From: an uncultured Desulfurococcales archaeon
GTDB taxonomy: Archaea; Thermoproteota; Thermoprotei_A; EX4484-217-1
NCBI GenBank assembly: GCA_964406965.1
Contig: CAYOTT010000005.1
Span: 54,878 to 118,877, forward strand
Direction of reading: 5' to 3'
DNA: 64,000 nt
In this document: one piece after another, positions 10,717 to 20,524 of the stretch
How the letters are laid out: the number at the start of each line of letters is the position of its first letter
Position numbering within the stretch: position 1 is the stretch's first letter
Program-made: the position numbers and the translations under genes
Notes under the pieces: model-generated
Seen by the model: only the letters and a program-made list of their open reading frames with translations
Database searches by the model: none
What the model was told of the DNA's origin: nothing

Positions 10717-12060
10717 TTACTCACCATAACCATATCTTAACCTCATACTTCCACTTATCATTTGAAGGAGTGTTTTAAGCATTGAGAGATTGTTTCCAGC
10801 AGATTTTAAAGCAGCAACTTCCATGTATGCTATAATTGACTTCCTATGTTCACTACTTATTCTAACATGTTCATCAACTTCCATAAGCCCCATGGGAGGC
10901 CTTCCCGTGAGAGGACTTTTAATGTTAAATATTTTTAAAATACCCTCCTCAACTTTAGTGTTTACCTTTAAGATGTTTTCAGGGAATATTCTTAAAACTC
11001 TTCTACCTTCCTCTTTAACATAATATATTGTTGGTTTCTCTGAGTACACATCCAATACCATAACATGGTTTCCATCCATTGTTAAAGGAAACCTAAGTAC
11101 CCAGACATTGTTTTGAGGAAACACTCTAAGACTAAACATTTTAACAATGCTTTCAATAACTTCCCTTGGCATTTCACCTTTATACTCAGCTTCTTCAAAC
11201 ATCATTTTCAACATGTTCAATTCTTTATCATCAATTATCGTGTAAAGTTCATACTTACCTTCCTTAATGAATTCTCCGAAAAGATCCATTGCTCTAGAGA
11301 CTGTAGGGAATGCTGTAGTTTTCGATATGCCATAGACTCCTTCAAGACATTCTCTGATGACATTTGATTTGTTAAGTCTTGTAAGGATAGATAAAATGTC
11401 TATTCCATCTATTTTGTAACTTTCCCTAGCTTTTTTAGGTCTAAGCCATCTAACAAGGGTGCCATCGATAACTACTTTATCTAATTTTGCCTCCTTTAAT
11501 ATTTTAAGTCCATAAGCTAATTCTAAAAGACTTTCAATGTATTTTGAAAGCTTACGGTATAATCGGGGCTTCTTAATTTCTACTGTTAAACCTAAAGTTT
11601 CAAGAATTCCCGTTATTTCCTTAGAAATTTTCTCCGCATCTTTAGGTGATTCGAAGAGGAGTGATTTTTTCTCGGGACACCTAATTTCCACTTCAAAAAA
11701 GTACTTCATGGACCCATTAATCATTTTTCTTCTCTTAGTCACAGTTAAAACGACTCTTTCTATAGGTGGATATTGTTTTAAACCTTCAATATTGCTTATT
11801 AAGCTAAGCTCTCCTGAAGGCTCACGAATTAAAGCACCAAGCTGAATGTACATGAGTGCTGCAATTGATAAATCTAAAGGATATATTCCAGCATCTACGA
11901 AACCTATTCTTGATGGAAAAGTTTTTTCAAGAACCTTTACCTTGTAGTATTTTTCAAAAGTCTTCCTTATGAGAATAGTTATTGGGTCTTCAGATACTTC
12001 GCTTATTTGCTTAGAGATTCTACTTAGCAAATCACCTAAACTATCAATTAATGAGCTCAT
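10717..12060 (-). CDS. nurA: NurA 5'-3' nuclease
   Basis: 447 aa with the N-terminal GFVDAG motif (cf. IDGS of NurA) and later acidic motifs. Operon position between mre11 and herA with 4-nt and 2-nt junctions. Confidence 0.6.
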   Translation of the reverse strand: MSSLIDSLGDLLSRISKQISEVSEDPITILIRKTFEKYYKVKVLEKTFPSRIGFVDAGIYPLDLSIAALMYIQLGALIREPSGELSLISNIEGLKQYPPIERVVLTVTKRRKMINGSMKYFFEVEIRCPEKKSLLFESPKDAEKISKEITGILETLGLTVEIKKPRLYRKLSKYIESLLELAYGLKILKEAKLDKVVIDGTLVRWLRPKKARESYKIDGIDILSILTRLNKSNVIRECLEGVYGISKTTAFPTVSRAMDLFGEFIKEGKYELYTIIDDKELNMLKMMFEEAEYKGEMPREVIESIVKMFSLRVFPQNNVWVLRFPLTMDGNHVMVLDVYSEKPTIYYVKEEGRRVLRIFPENILKVNTKVEEGILKIFNIKSPLTGRPPMGLMEVDEHVRISSEHRKSIIAYMEVAALKSAGNNLSMLKTLLQMISGSMRLRYGYGE

Positions 12061-13322
12061 TTCTTAAGCTCCCCATATATTTGCTCTAAAATTTTAAATG
12101 CCTCATCAGCTACTTCCTCGTTAATTTCCGTTTTCCTCATACCTTCGCTATATTCTCTACCTAATGTTGAAATTAGGTTCAAAATTATTTCTGGTGAAAG
12201 CTTTAATCCGAATTTCTTAAGTGCTTGCTCAATGGCTTCCTTCTCCAACTCTTCAATATTTGATAGGTCGGACCTAAATTCCTCGAGAAATGTTATGTAT
12301 TCTTCTGCAGATTCGCTTCTAACGATATGTACCCAAGCATTCAAGCTTCTAGCAACATCATTGATCATTTTTCTTACTCTACTATATTTTTCAATGCTAA
12401 CTTTACCCGTGTAAACTATTATGCAGCGATATTTTTCATTCATATCTCTTATTTTCCTTTTAACCTCGTCAGCTACATTTTCTAAACCATAGGTTTCTAC
12501 TACTTCTACATCTACCCCAAAATTATTTGTTAAGGCCTTTATTGAGGCAGCATTTCTCCCTAAATTCACTAGTAATACTCTTCTATTGGTTCTTAGCTTC
12601 TTCTTTAAAATATAAGTCTCATATATGTCATTAGCATCTCTTCCTATAGGCGATCCTGGGTAAGCTACGTTGCCTTCAAAAAATTCGCTATAGGGTATTG
12701 GGAAGTGTATGTGTCCTAATGCTAAATATTTGAAGTGTTTATGAATTGAAGCATAGGCTTCTTCAGAAAGTTTAATCATACTATATTTTGGGCTTATTTT
12801 TGAAATATCTATGCCTGAATAAATGTAAAGACCTGTATGTGCTATGAGAATATTGTCCTTGTTTTCATCGTAATCTTCATAAACCACTCTGCGGCGCTCA
12901 AGATATTCTACTTCTCTCTCCCCTCTCAAACCAGGTAATCCATAGAAAACTACTCCATCGACTTCTAAGGGTTTTAAATAAAGTTTGTAATTTTTCTCCT
13001 CATGTTTTGTTAAATGCACTAAACCTACTTCCCCTAAGATAGAGAGAACACCATGCCCCCTAGCTGTTAAGTCATGAGAACCAGGAGTAACTATGAATCT
13101 TAGCCCCTCTCGAACTCCTTTCTTAATTATTCTAACAACGTTTAATGTTGTTTCATGCCCTAATCTAGGTGTTTCAAATAAATCGCCAGCTACAATAATG
13201 TTCTTTACGTTTTCTGAAAGTGCTAATTCAACTATTTTCTCTAACGACTCCAAATTAGCTTTTCTAAGTACTGTGTGTGGAAATGCGCCAATATGAATAT
13301 CAGCTGTGTGAATAAAGTCCAA
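12057..13322 (-). CDS. mre11: Mre11 DNA repair nuclease (calcineurin-like phosphoesterase)
   Basis: N-terminus MDFIHTADIHIG (phosphoesterase motif I), GDLFE (motif II), GSHD, GHIH (motif V); 421 aa. Confidence 0.85.
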   Translation of the reverse strand: MDFIHTADIHIGAFPHTVLRKANLESLEKIVELALSENVKNIIVAGDLFETPRLGHETTLNVVRIIKKGVREGLRFIVTPGSHDLTARGHGVLSILGEVGLVHLTKHEEKNYKLYLKPLEVDGVVFYGLPGLRGEREVEYLERRRVVYEDYDENKDNILIAHTGLYIYSGIDISKISPKYSMIKLSEEAYASIHKHFKYLALGHIHFPIPYSEFFEGNVAYPGSPIGRDANDIYETYILKKKLRTNRRVLLVNLGRNAASIKALTNNFGVDVEVVETYGLENVADEVKRKIRDMNEKYRCIIVYTGKVSIEKYSRVRKMINDVARSLNAWVHIVRSESAEEYITFLEEFRSDLSNIEELEKEAIEQALKKFGLKLSPEIILNLISTLGREYSEGMRKTEINEEVADEAFKILEQIYGELKK

Positions 13323-13379
13323 GCGCTAGGCACACCTCTAGCTAATCGTTTACCTACATGTTGTTTTTCTAACTTTCCC

Positions 13380-13985
13380 CTACTTAACTAAACCTTGCTT
13401 CCTAAGCTCCTCTAAATCTTCAGGAGTATCTATATCTATGTATATTTCAGGAGAATTTACTGGAACTTCAACTATCCTATCGCTATACTTTTTAACAACA
13501 AACTTTAGCCCATATGTTTCTTCAGAAATGCTCATTAGATCATAATATAGTTTCATGTTGAAAAGTATTGGATGGCCTCTTCTACCCTTATATGATGGAA
13601 CAACTATTTCCGGCTTAGCTTCAATGAACTTCTCTATGACCTTATTTATAGTTTCATGCGTTATGAGAAGATTGTCTGCAGGAAGTATTGCTATGCCCTC
13701 AGCATTAACAACCTTAGCTGCTAAAACAGCTGCTTTAACAGAAGAGCTCATTCCTTCCTCATAGTTTACGTTGTAAACGAATGTTACGGGTAAGCCGCTT
13801 AATTCATCAATTATTTTTTCAGCTTCAAAACCTACAATAACAAAAATTTTTTCCGCTTTAGATTTTAAAGCTTCTTCAGTAACCTTTCGTATAATTGTTT
13901 TATCATTTATTTTCTCAAGTAACTTATTTCTACCATATCTCTCAGATTTTCCTGCAGCAAGTATAGCTAATGCAATCATTTTCAA
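13380..13985 (-). CDS. MobA/MocA-like molybdenum cofactor nucleotidyltransferase
   Basis: N-terminal nucleotide-binding motif AILAAGKSERYGRNKLL (LAGGxSxRMG), 201 aa, 3 nt downstream of xdhC. Confidence 0.7.
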   Translation of the reverse strand: MKMIALAILAAGKSERYGRNKLLEKINDKTIIRKVTEEALKSKAEKIFVIVGFEAEKIIDELSGLPVTFVYNVNYEEGMSSSVKAAVLAAKVVNAEGIAILPADNLLITHETINKVIEKFIEAKPEIVVPSYKGRRGHPILFNMKLYYDLMSISEETYGLKFVVKKYSDRIVEVPVNSPEIYIDIDTPEDLEELRKQGLVK

Positions 13986-13988
13986 GCA

Positions 13989-14813
13989 TCACACTATTGA
14001 TAAGTGATTTCCTGAAGCCCTCCTCTCTATTTTAAGTATTTCAGCTAGAACACTTACAGCTATTTCCTCAGGTGTTTTCGCCCCAATATCGATACCTACT
14101 GGGGCATAAACTCTTCCTTTAAGCTTTTCTAAACTATATCCTTCCTCTTGGAGCTTTTGAAGATACGTTCTTATCTTACTTCTCGAACCTAAAACACCTA
14201 TGTACTTAGCTTGCGAATTTAATGCCTTCTTTAAAGCCACGTAGTCGTGGTTTATTTCCCCATGCACTATTAATACGTAGTCTCCACTACCTATATTAGC
14301 TTCATCTATTGCTTTACCCCATTCATTCACAATTATTTTTTCAACATTAGGGAATTTTTCGGGTGAAGCATGTTTAGGATTATCGTCTATGACCCATATG
14401 CGATAGCCTAAAAGAGCTGCTAAATTAGCTAAAGGTTTTCCAACATGTCCCACACCTAAAACTAAAATTCTAGGCCTAGGCTTGATAACATCTATAAAAA
14501 CGGTCAAAACACCACCACATATGAGCCTCGTTTTGTAAGCACCTAAAGGTACGTTATCTTCTCTAAAAGCAAACTTTACAGTTTTAGGTTTCCCCTCATT
14601 AAGGGCCTTAATAGCTTCTTTAATAACCATTCTTTCAAAAGGACCGCCACCTATTGTTCCAATAGTTTTACCATCAGGGAACACTAGCATTTTAGTTCCA
14701 GGACCTCTAGGTCCGGAACCTTCTTTTTCAACAATTATGCATAGTGCTACAGGTTCTCCCTTATCTACAGCTTCCTTTAAAGCGCTAATTACTGCCTTAT
14801 TGGATGCGTTCAT
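13989..14813 (-). CDS. xdhC: XdhC/CoxI family molybdoenzyme maturation protein
   Basis: N-terminal XdhC_CoxI region (PVALCIIVEKEGSGPRGPGTKMLV) plus C-terminal Rossmann-like domain (LVLGVGHVGKPLANLA). Confidence 0.7.
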   Translation of the reverse strand: MNASNKAVISALKEAVDKGEPVALCIIVEKEGSGPRGPGTKMLVFPDGKTIGTIGGGPFERMVIKEAIKALNEGKPKTVKFAFREDNVPLGAYKTRLICGGVLTVFIDVIKPRPRILVLGVGHVGKPLANLAALLGYRIWVIDDNPKHASPEKFPNVEKIIVNEWGKAIDEANIGSGDYVLIVHGEINHDYVALKKALNSQAKYIGVLGSRSKIRTYLQKLQEEGYSLEKLKGRVYAPVGIDIGAKTPEEIAVSVLAEILKIERRASGNHLSIV

Positions 14814-14890
14814 GATCTAATCCTCTACGTCAACTAAAAGCGCTTCCCGTATTAATGTATAAGTAAACAACTTTGTTTACATATCTATTG

Positions 14891-15622
14891 TTAGCCTTCC
14901 TCCCTAAGTATTTTAAGCGCTTCAAGAACTATTTGAAACATTTGCTGCCGTTTTTCATCAACTATTTTCTCAAAATACCCTAAACCTTGTTTCGTGTGTA
15001 TTTCAGCAGCATAGTTTGTAATTAGAGTCAGTGTTGCATAACATAAGTTAAGTTCTTTAGCCAATGCCGCTTCAGGCATGGTCGTCATATTGACAATATC
15101 TGCTCCAAGCATTCGTAGAGAAGCTGCTTCAGCAGGTGTCATGAGACGTGGACCTTCAATTACGGCGATTACTGCTTCTGAAAGAAAGTATTTTAGAACT
15201 CTTTCTGAAGATTTTTCAAGAACTTTAACTAATTTTCCACAAAATGGTTCTGAAAAATCTATGTGGACAGGCTTATCCTCAAAGAACGTAATTCCCCTAT
15301 TCTTGGTAAAATCTATAATATCGGTCGGGATAATAATCATTCCAGGTTTTAAAATTTTCCTTAGGGAATATGCTTGGTCTATTGCTATAATGTATTCAGC
15401 ACCCCTACTTTTCATAAGCCAAATATTTCCCCTATAATTTACCTTATGCGGTTGTTGAATACTTTCTCTACCATGTCTAGGTATGAAAATTACTTTTAAC
15501 CCTTCAATTTCAGTTTCCATAAACTCAACCTTTCCATAAACAGTTTCTGTAGTTAACCATGACTCATTAGGTAATAGTCTTTCAAAACCGGCTCCAGCTA
15601 TGATACCTACAGTTTTAGTCAT
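14891..15622 (-). CDS. 5'-methylthioadenosine/purine nucleoside phosphorylase (PNP/MTAP family)
   Basis: GIIAGAGF...IPRHGR...NMTTMPEA motifs characteristic of the PNP/MTAP fold; 243 aa. Confidence 0.75.
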   Translation of the reverse strand: MTKTVGIIAGAGFERLLPNESWLTTETVYGKVEFMETEIEGLKVIFIPRHGRESIQQPHKVNYRGNIWLMKSRGAEYIIAIDQAYSLRKILKPGMIIIPTDIIDFTKNRGITFFEDKPVHIDFSEPFCGKLVKVLEKSSERVLKYFLSEAVIAVIEGPRLMTPAEAASLRMLGADIVNMTTMPEAALAKELNLCYATLTLITNYAAEIHTKQGLGYFEKIVDEKRQQMFQIVLEALKILREEG

Positions 15623-15716
15623 ATTCCTTCCTCATAATAACGGTGAAGTTACTTATGTGAAATATGTTTTTACTTGTTAAAATAGATAGTTATCAAAGAT
15701 AAGGTGGATGAAGTAA

Positions 15717-16589
15717 ATGAGGCTAGCACTAAACATAGTAACAGACATTACATTAGATTACGCTATTAAAGTGTCTGAAGAAGCTGTAAGATTCGGTGCA
15801 GAATCAATATGGATAGGTGAAACACAGAATGTACCGCATCCCTTCACATACTTGCTACCCATATCTGAAAGAGTCAAGGTAACTTTAGGAACAAGTATTA
15901 TTTCTGCATACCTAAACGACCCCGCTAGCGTCATTGAATTTTCAAGGAAACTTTTAAGGAACAATATTCCTGCGTTCATAGTAGGTGTTGGTTTAGGCGA
16001 TATAGACTATTTAAAGGTAAAAGGTGTTGAACCGAAGAATCCATTAGACTTTATGAGGAAATATGTTTCTAAGCTATTTAAGAGTCTTCCTGAGAAAGCA
16101 TCAGTCATCGTAGGAACTGCAGGCAGAAGAATGGCTAATTTATCATGCAAAATTACTGGCGCTGTTTTATTAAACTTTGTTCATCCAGACTATATTAAGT
16201 GGGTTAAAAGAGGCATTGAGGTTAAATGCGAGATAAATGTTATTGGACCAGCCCTTCTTAAAACATTTGACAGTAGATTAATTAGGGCTTTACGAATAGC
16301 TTCTGCAATAGTCTTAAAGGGCATGAATGAAAAGTTTCTTAGGAACTTCGGTTTCGAAAGCCTTGCTGAAGATATTAAAAAGATTCTTAGCAGCGGAGAC
16401 TATTGGAAGCTAGGAAGATACGATAATGTTCTTTTAGATAAATTTGCAATTTACGGTGACATAGTAGATTTTGAAACGAGAATAGAGGAGCTTTCTAAAT
16501 TAAATGTTAATCGCTTAATTCTTGGCCCACCAATTTATAGGGATAGGAATCTTATTGAAAAAGTATTCTCTAAGCTAAGAAAGTATTAA
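15717..16589 (+). CDS. LLM-class flavin-dependent oxidoreductase (luciferase-like; F420/FMN-dependent reductase family)
   Basis: TIM-barrel luciferase-like monooxygenase pattern (ESIWIGETQ..., GVGLGD), 290 aa. Confidence 0.6.
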   Translation: MRLALNIVTDITLDYAIKVSEEAVRFGAESIWIGETQNVPHPFTYLLPISERVKVTLGTSIISAYLNDPASVIEFSRKLLRNNIPAFIVGVGLGDIDYLKVKGVEPKNPLDFMRKYVSKLFKSLPEKASVIVGTAGRRMANLSCKITGAVLLNFVHPDYIKWVKRGIEVKCEINVIGPALLKTFDSRLIRALRIASAIVLKGMNEKFLRNFGFESLAEDIKKILSSGDYWKLGRYDNVLLDKFAIYGDIVDFETRIEELSKLNVNRLILGPPIYRDRNLIEKVFSKLRKY

Positions 16590-17244
16590 CTACTTCAACA
16601 ATGATTTCCGGGGCTTTCGAACCAAAAAACCTCAGATTTCTTTTAAGCTCAATACCTAAAGCCTCTGTTTTCGGAGGCTTCCCGAAATACTTAATTAAAG
16701 CACCACCCTTGAATGGCTTATCTACGCTAACCCTTAATCCCCTTCTTCGAAGTTTCTCTACAATTTTCTCTAAAACATTCCTACTTACCGAAGAATACCC
16801 GTTAGTTGATAAGCAAACATCAGGCCATACGCTAATATTCTTCATTCCATGTACATCTATTATATATTTAATTTCCCCTTCATTAACAAGTTGCTCAATT
16901 CTCCTCCATAATGGCGTTTTCCTACCATACTCCTTATTTAAATTGTAATTAGGAATGTTTAAGCCATCAACATAGTCAACCTTACTTATTGTTGGAAGTA
17001 CTGCCCAACTATTTGTTGCAATAGCTGCCTTAAACGCTATTTCCCACGTTAAAAAATCAACTGCTGATCTTGAAGGTATAAGTTCTGAGAAAGCATATTC
17101 TAAACCAAGCTCTTTAATTTTACCCACAACATCCTTAAACCTGTCCGTGCCGAAACCGTGAAGAGCAGTTATTAATACAGGTTTCTTACCTGAAACTTCA
17201 ACATACCCCTCAATTACGCCCAAATTCATTAAATAACCCTCCAA
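16570..17244 (-). CDS. N-formylglutamate amidohydrolase (FGase) family hydrolase
   Basis: ITALHGFG (PHaG-like), IIDVHGM (iDlHsm-like), C-terminal SVDKPFKGGALIKYFG...ALGIELKRNL pattern of the FGase family; 224 aa. Confidence 0.45.
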   Translation of the reverse strand: MEGYLMNLGVIEGYVEVSGKKPVLITALHGFGTDRFKDVVGKIKELGLEYAFSELIPSRSAVDFLTWEIAFKAAIATNSWAVLPTISKVDYVDGLNIPNYNLNKEYGRKTPLWRRIEQLVNEGEIKYIIDVHGMKNISVWPDVCLSTNGYSSVSRNVLEKIVEKLRRRGLRVSVDKPFKGGALIKYFGKPPKTEALGIELKRNLRFFGSKAPEIIVEVVNTFLA

Positions 17245-17333
17245 TAGCCTCAGAGACTAAGTTAGTATATTTAAGTTATTCCAAACATTTTTGAGAAACA
17301 AAGTAGTATAGTAGTATGATGTAGGGAAAGCCA

Positions 17334-17474
17334 TGAGGAAGAGAAAAGTAAAGGTTACTTTAAGTGAAGATGTTCTTAAGCTTATAGTTGAAGGTAAAGT
17401 GAAGTTAGTTAAAGATGTAAAAATAAAGTATGGTAAATATAAAATTATTAAAAGATATGTTCCTAAGAAGTGAA
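17334..17474 (+). CDS. small ribbon-helix-helix (CopG-like) DNA-binding protein, 46 aa (not in ORF track)
   Basis: ATG at 17334; MRKRKVKVTLSEDVLKLIVEGKVKLVKDVKIKYGKYKIIKRYVPKK has the basic N-terminus, beta-strand (KVKVTLS) and helix pattern of RHH proteins. The stop lies 7 nt before the next ORF's ATG. Confidence 0.35.
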
Positions 17475-17480
17475 AATACA

Positions 17481-17897
17481 ATGGCTGTTAGAGTTAAATT
17501 GAGAATTTCTAGAAGAGATAAGAACATATCAGAGACGCTTATAGTACTGGTCAATGGCGGTGCGGAAAGCGAGGAACCAGTAATAGCCGTTACACCGGAC
17601 ACAGCCTTAAAACTTGGCTTCTCACTTAACGACTTCGAATTAGTTGAAGTAGAGTTGGCTTCAGGTAAAACACATAATCTTATTTCGAAGGAAAAGGTCA
17701 TATTAGAGCTATTAGATGAAAAAGGACGTGTTCTCTCAACAACATACGCGTACTTAACTGTAGATGATAACCTCACAGAACCATTAATAACCGATGCTGC
17801 AATTGATGAGTTAGGGATACAAGTCATTAGTTTTAAAAAAGGTTTATGGAGGCATCTTAACGACCCTACAAATGTAGTTAGAAAAAGCGCTAAATAA
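17481..17897 (+). CDS. hypothetical protein (possible retropepsin-like/unknown fold)
   Basis: ORF track gives 17430..17897. The ATG at 17481 (MAVRVKLRISRR...) is preferred because the earlier start overlaps the RHH ORF. No firm family match. Confidence 0.4.
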   Translation: MAVRVKLRISRRDKNISETLIVLVNGGAESEEPVIAVTPDTALKLGFSLNDFELVEVELASGKTHNLISKEKVILELLDEKGRVLSTTYAYLTVDDNLTEPLITDAAIDELGIQVISFKKGLWRHLNDPTNVVRKSAK

Positions 17898-17930
17898 TAT
17901 TATTTTAAAACTCATGGAGTTTAGTTATTC

Positions 17931-18722
17931 ATGAGTGTACAAAGAATTTTGTGCATAGGGGAACTTATGGTTGGCTTAAGAAAACTGGAAAAGGGCTTCT
18001 TAACCGAAGGTTCAGAATTCAAATTAATAGTTGAAGGATTGCCCGCTAAGGTTGCTTTAGAACTGGCTTCAACGGGTTTTAAAGTTGATTTAGCCGGAGC
18101 CGTAGGCGACGACGCTTTAGGTAAATCCCTAATTACATTCTTAAAGAACAATGGAGTTAATATTGATAATATCGTAGTTAAAAGAGGTTTAAGAACAACA
18201 GTTGTAGTAATGATTAACGACATTTTAAAAATATACTTTAGGAAACCCTATGCTATTACAGCAGATACAGAGTTTTCGCTAAACGATATTAGTTTAAGTA
18301 GGTTATCGAATATTAACTTACTTTACACATCAGCTTATGCTTTAATGGAGAACCCACTAGGTCATACGGTATTTTATATTGTGAAGCATTTATGGAAAAA
18401 CAATGTTAAAATAGTTTTACACATAAATTTCCACACCTATGAAGATAGATTTCTAAGCCTTAGAGAATTAAGAGGTATTTTAAAGTACTCTTCAAATATA
18501 ATTTTAAGTTATCAAGAACTCGATAGATTACTTAAAACATCCAATGTTAAAACAGCTGCGCAAACAATATTTAGAAAGTTTCCTGCAGTTGAAAACGTAG
18601 CCATCACAACACAAGGAAGAATGTATGTTCACACAAAGGGTGTAGGTGAAAAAGTTTTTAATATAAGGGAAGCTGATGAGTCAAAATTTGCCGCATTATT
18701 TATTAAAAACATAATTACTTAG
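17931..18722 (+). CDS. PfkB/ribokinase-like domain protein, C-terminally short (lacks DTxGAGD motif)
   Basis: N-terminus ILCIGELMVGL and the following ...AKVALELASTGFKVDLAGAVGDDALG... match the PfkB N-terminal lid/GG region. The protein ends at 263 aa without the C-terminal anion-hole GAGD motif. Confidence 0.5.
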   Translation: MSVQRILCIGELMVGLRKLEKGFLTEGSEFKLIVEGLPAKVALELASTGFKVDLAGAVGDDALGKSLITFLKNNGVNIDNIVVKRGLRTTVVVMINDILKIYFRKPYAITADTEFSLNDISLSRLSNINLLYTSAYALMENPLGHTVFYIVKHLWKNNVKIVLHINFHTYEDRFLSLRELRGILKYSSNIILSYQELDRLLKTSNVKTAAQTIFRKFPAVENVAITTQGRMYVHTKGVGEKVFNIREADESKFAALFIKNIIT

Positions 18723-18765
18723 AAATAATCTTAAATTAAAATGCGGACCACAAATGTGATGAGCG

Positions 18766-19569
18766 ATGGATAAAGCAGCTCTTTACGGGAAATTAAATGT
18801 AGCTAAAGTAGTTATTGATGGCGAGAACGTTTCTATAAATATATTTAGCGATGTTCTTGTTAAAGAACATCCATTAGTAATTAAAATTAACGGCGTTGAA
18901 ATTAGGAGGTACATTGTTTCCGAAACTATGTTAAAAGAATTTATTATAGGGAACCTCTTTTCGCTAGGTATAGTTAATAATTTATCGGAAATTAAGTCTG
19001 TTTCATTTAAGGGAAACGAAGTTAACATAAAGCTTGACCCTAAAGCTTTAAGAAGAACTCCTATCTTAACCATAACACCATCGTGTGATGAGCAAGTACT
19101 ACCAGAAATCAGTGGTGAAAAATTAGCGATTAACAATAAAATTAGAGCGGAAAGCATTTTAGAAGCAATTAAGCAAATGTTCACTTCTTCAAACGTTTTC
19201 AAAGAGACTGGTGGAACACATGTTTCCTCACTTTTCGACATAGATTCTTCAAGAACTCTCATAGTAGTTGAAGACTTGGGTAGACATAATGCTGCAGATA
19301 AAGTATTGGGTTGGGGTATTTTAAGAGGAGTATCCTTTGAAAAAGTGGCAATAGTTACTTCGGGTAGGGTTTTCAGCGATTTAGTAGTGAAAGCTTTTAG
19401 AATAGGGACTCCCATAATAATTTCTAAATCTGCCCCATCATACGATGCTGCTTTGAAAGCAAGAAAATACGGAATAACATTGATAGGGTTTGCTAGAGGA
19501 AATAGGTTTAACGTTTATTCTGAACCCGGAAGAATAGTGGAACTAGAAAACATAGTTTTGGAAGATTAA
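18766..19569 (+). CDS. fdhD: sulfurtransferase FdhD (formate dehydrogenase/Moco sulfuration accessory protein)
   Basis: FdhD signature EDLGRHNAADKVLG, 267 aa. Confidence 0.8.
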   Translation: MDKAALYGKLNVAKVVIDGENVSINIFSDVLVKEHPLVIKINGVEIRRYIVSETMLKEFIIGNLFSLGIVNNLSEIKSVSFKGNEVNIKLDPKALRRTPILTITPSCDEQVLPEISGEKLAINNKIRAESILEAIKQMFTSSNVFKETGGTHVSSLFDIDSSRTLIVVEDLGRHNAADKVLGWGILRGVSFEKVAIVTSGRVFSDLVVKAFRIGTPIIISKSAPSYDAALKARKYGITLIGFARGNRFNVYSEPGRIVELENIVLED

Positions 19570-19570
19570 A

Positions 19571-20449
19571 ATGCTTTACCAACTTATAAGAGATGAAATT
19601 CTAAGAACATATGAAGCAGCAAAGAAAACATATGAGAACATAAAGTTTTCCCTCGAGGAAGCATATGTCATAGGCTCGGGGGATTCGTATGCAGCAGCGT
19701 TAATTATTCAAGGAGTTACTAACAATAAATTCATAGCATTGGATCCTTATGAAGCACAGTTCAGTATTAAACCACATAAGGTGTACGTTGTCGTTTCGGT
19801 TTCAGGTAAAACAAGAGAGAATATAGAGTTAGCAATTAAAGTTAGAGAAAGCGGAGGTAAGGTAATCGCTATCACAGCTAATCCTAAATCTAAACTAGCT
19901 CAAAAAGCTAGCGAAATAATTTCCATAGACTACTCTCCACAAAACCTTCCAATACCTGGAACTCTCTCATTCACATTGTCCTTAATAGCTCTCTACGCTT
20001 TAGCTAATTTAGACGTTGATTTTAAAAAGCTTAAGAATCCAGAGCTTAAGGCTTTGAAGGGATTGGAGCCAATATTCATAGGTACATTAGGAGGCTATGG
20101 TGTTGCATACTATTCAGCTTTAAAATTCTATGAAGTTTTTGGCTCTAAAGCCAGATTCGAAAGAACGGAGCAATTTTGTCATGCTACAATATTTAGTGTT
20201 AGAGAAAATGACCAAGTAATATTTTATCCCTCAGATAATGATAGAAGAGCGAGGGAAGTTGTTGAAGCTATTAGTGAAAAATATAACTTAGTCATATACG
20301 ATAGATGCGAAAAACATATGAAACACTTATGTCAAATAGTTGATTTCCAAACAAGTTTAGCCGAATACATTAAGGAGTTAGGATTAGAAAAACCCTATTT
20401 CACCATAGCAAAAGGTGTTTTAGATGTAAGCAGTAGCCTCATATACTAA
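19571..20449 (+). CDS. SIS domain protein (sugar phosphate isomerase family; possibly PGI/PMI-like)
   Basis: SIS motifs VIGSGDSYAAAL and VVVSVSGKTRE; 292 aa; begins 1 nt after the fdhD stop. Confidence 0.6.
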   Translation: MLYQLIRDEILRTYEAAKKTYENIKFSLEEAYVIGSGDSYAAALIIQGVTNNKFIALDPYEAQFSIKPHKVYVVVSVSGKTRENIELAIKVRESGGKVIAITANPKSKLAQKASEIISIDYSPQNLPIPGTLSFTLSLIALYALANLDVDFKKLKNPELKALKGLEPIFIGTLGGYGVAYYSALKFYEVFGSKARFERTEQFCHATIFSVRENDQVIFYPSDNDRRAREVVEAISEKYNLVIYDRCEKHMKHLCQIVDFQTSLAEYIKELGLEKPYFTIAKGVLDVSSSLIY

Positions 20450-20524
20450 CTTTACTTGCACTAATGAGCTAAGGTACCTTTAATCTTCCTTATTAAATAC
20501 AATAGTTAAGGCCTAACAACATTC

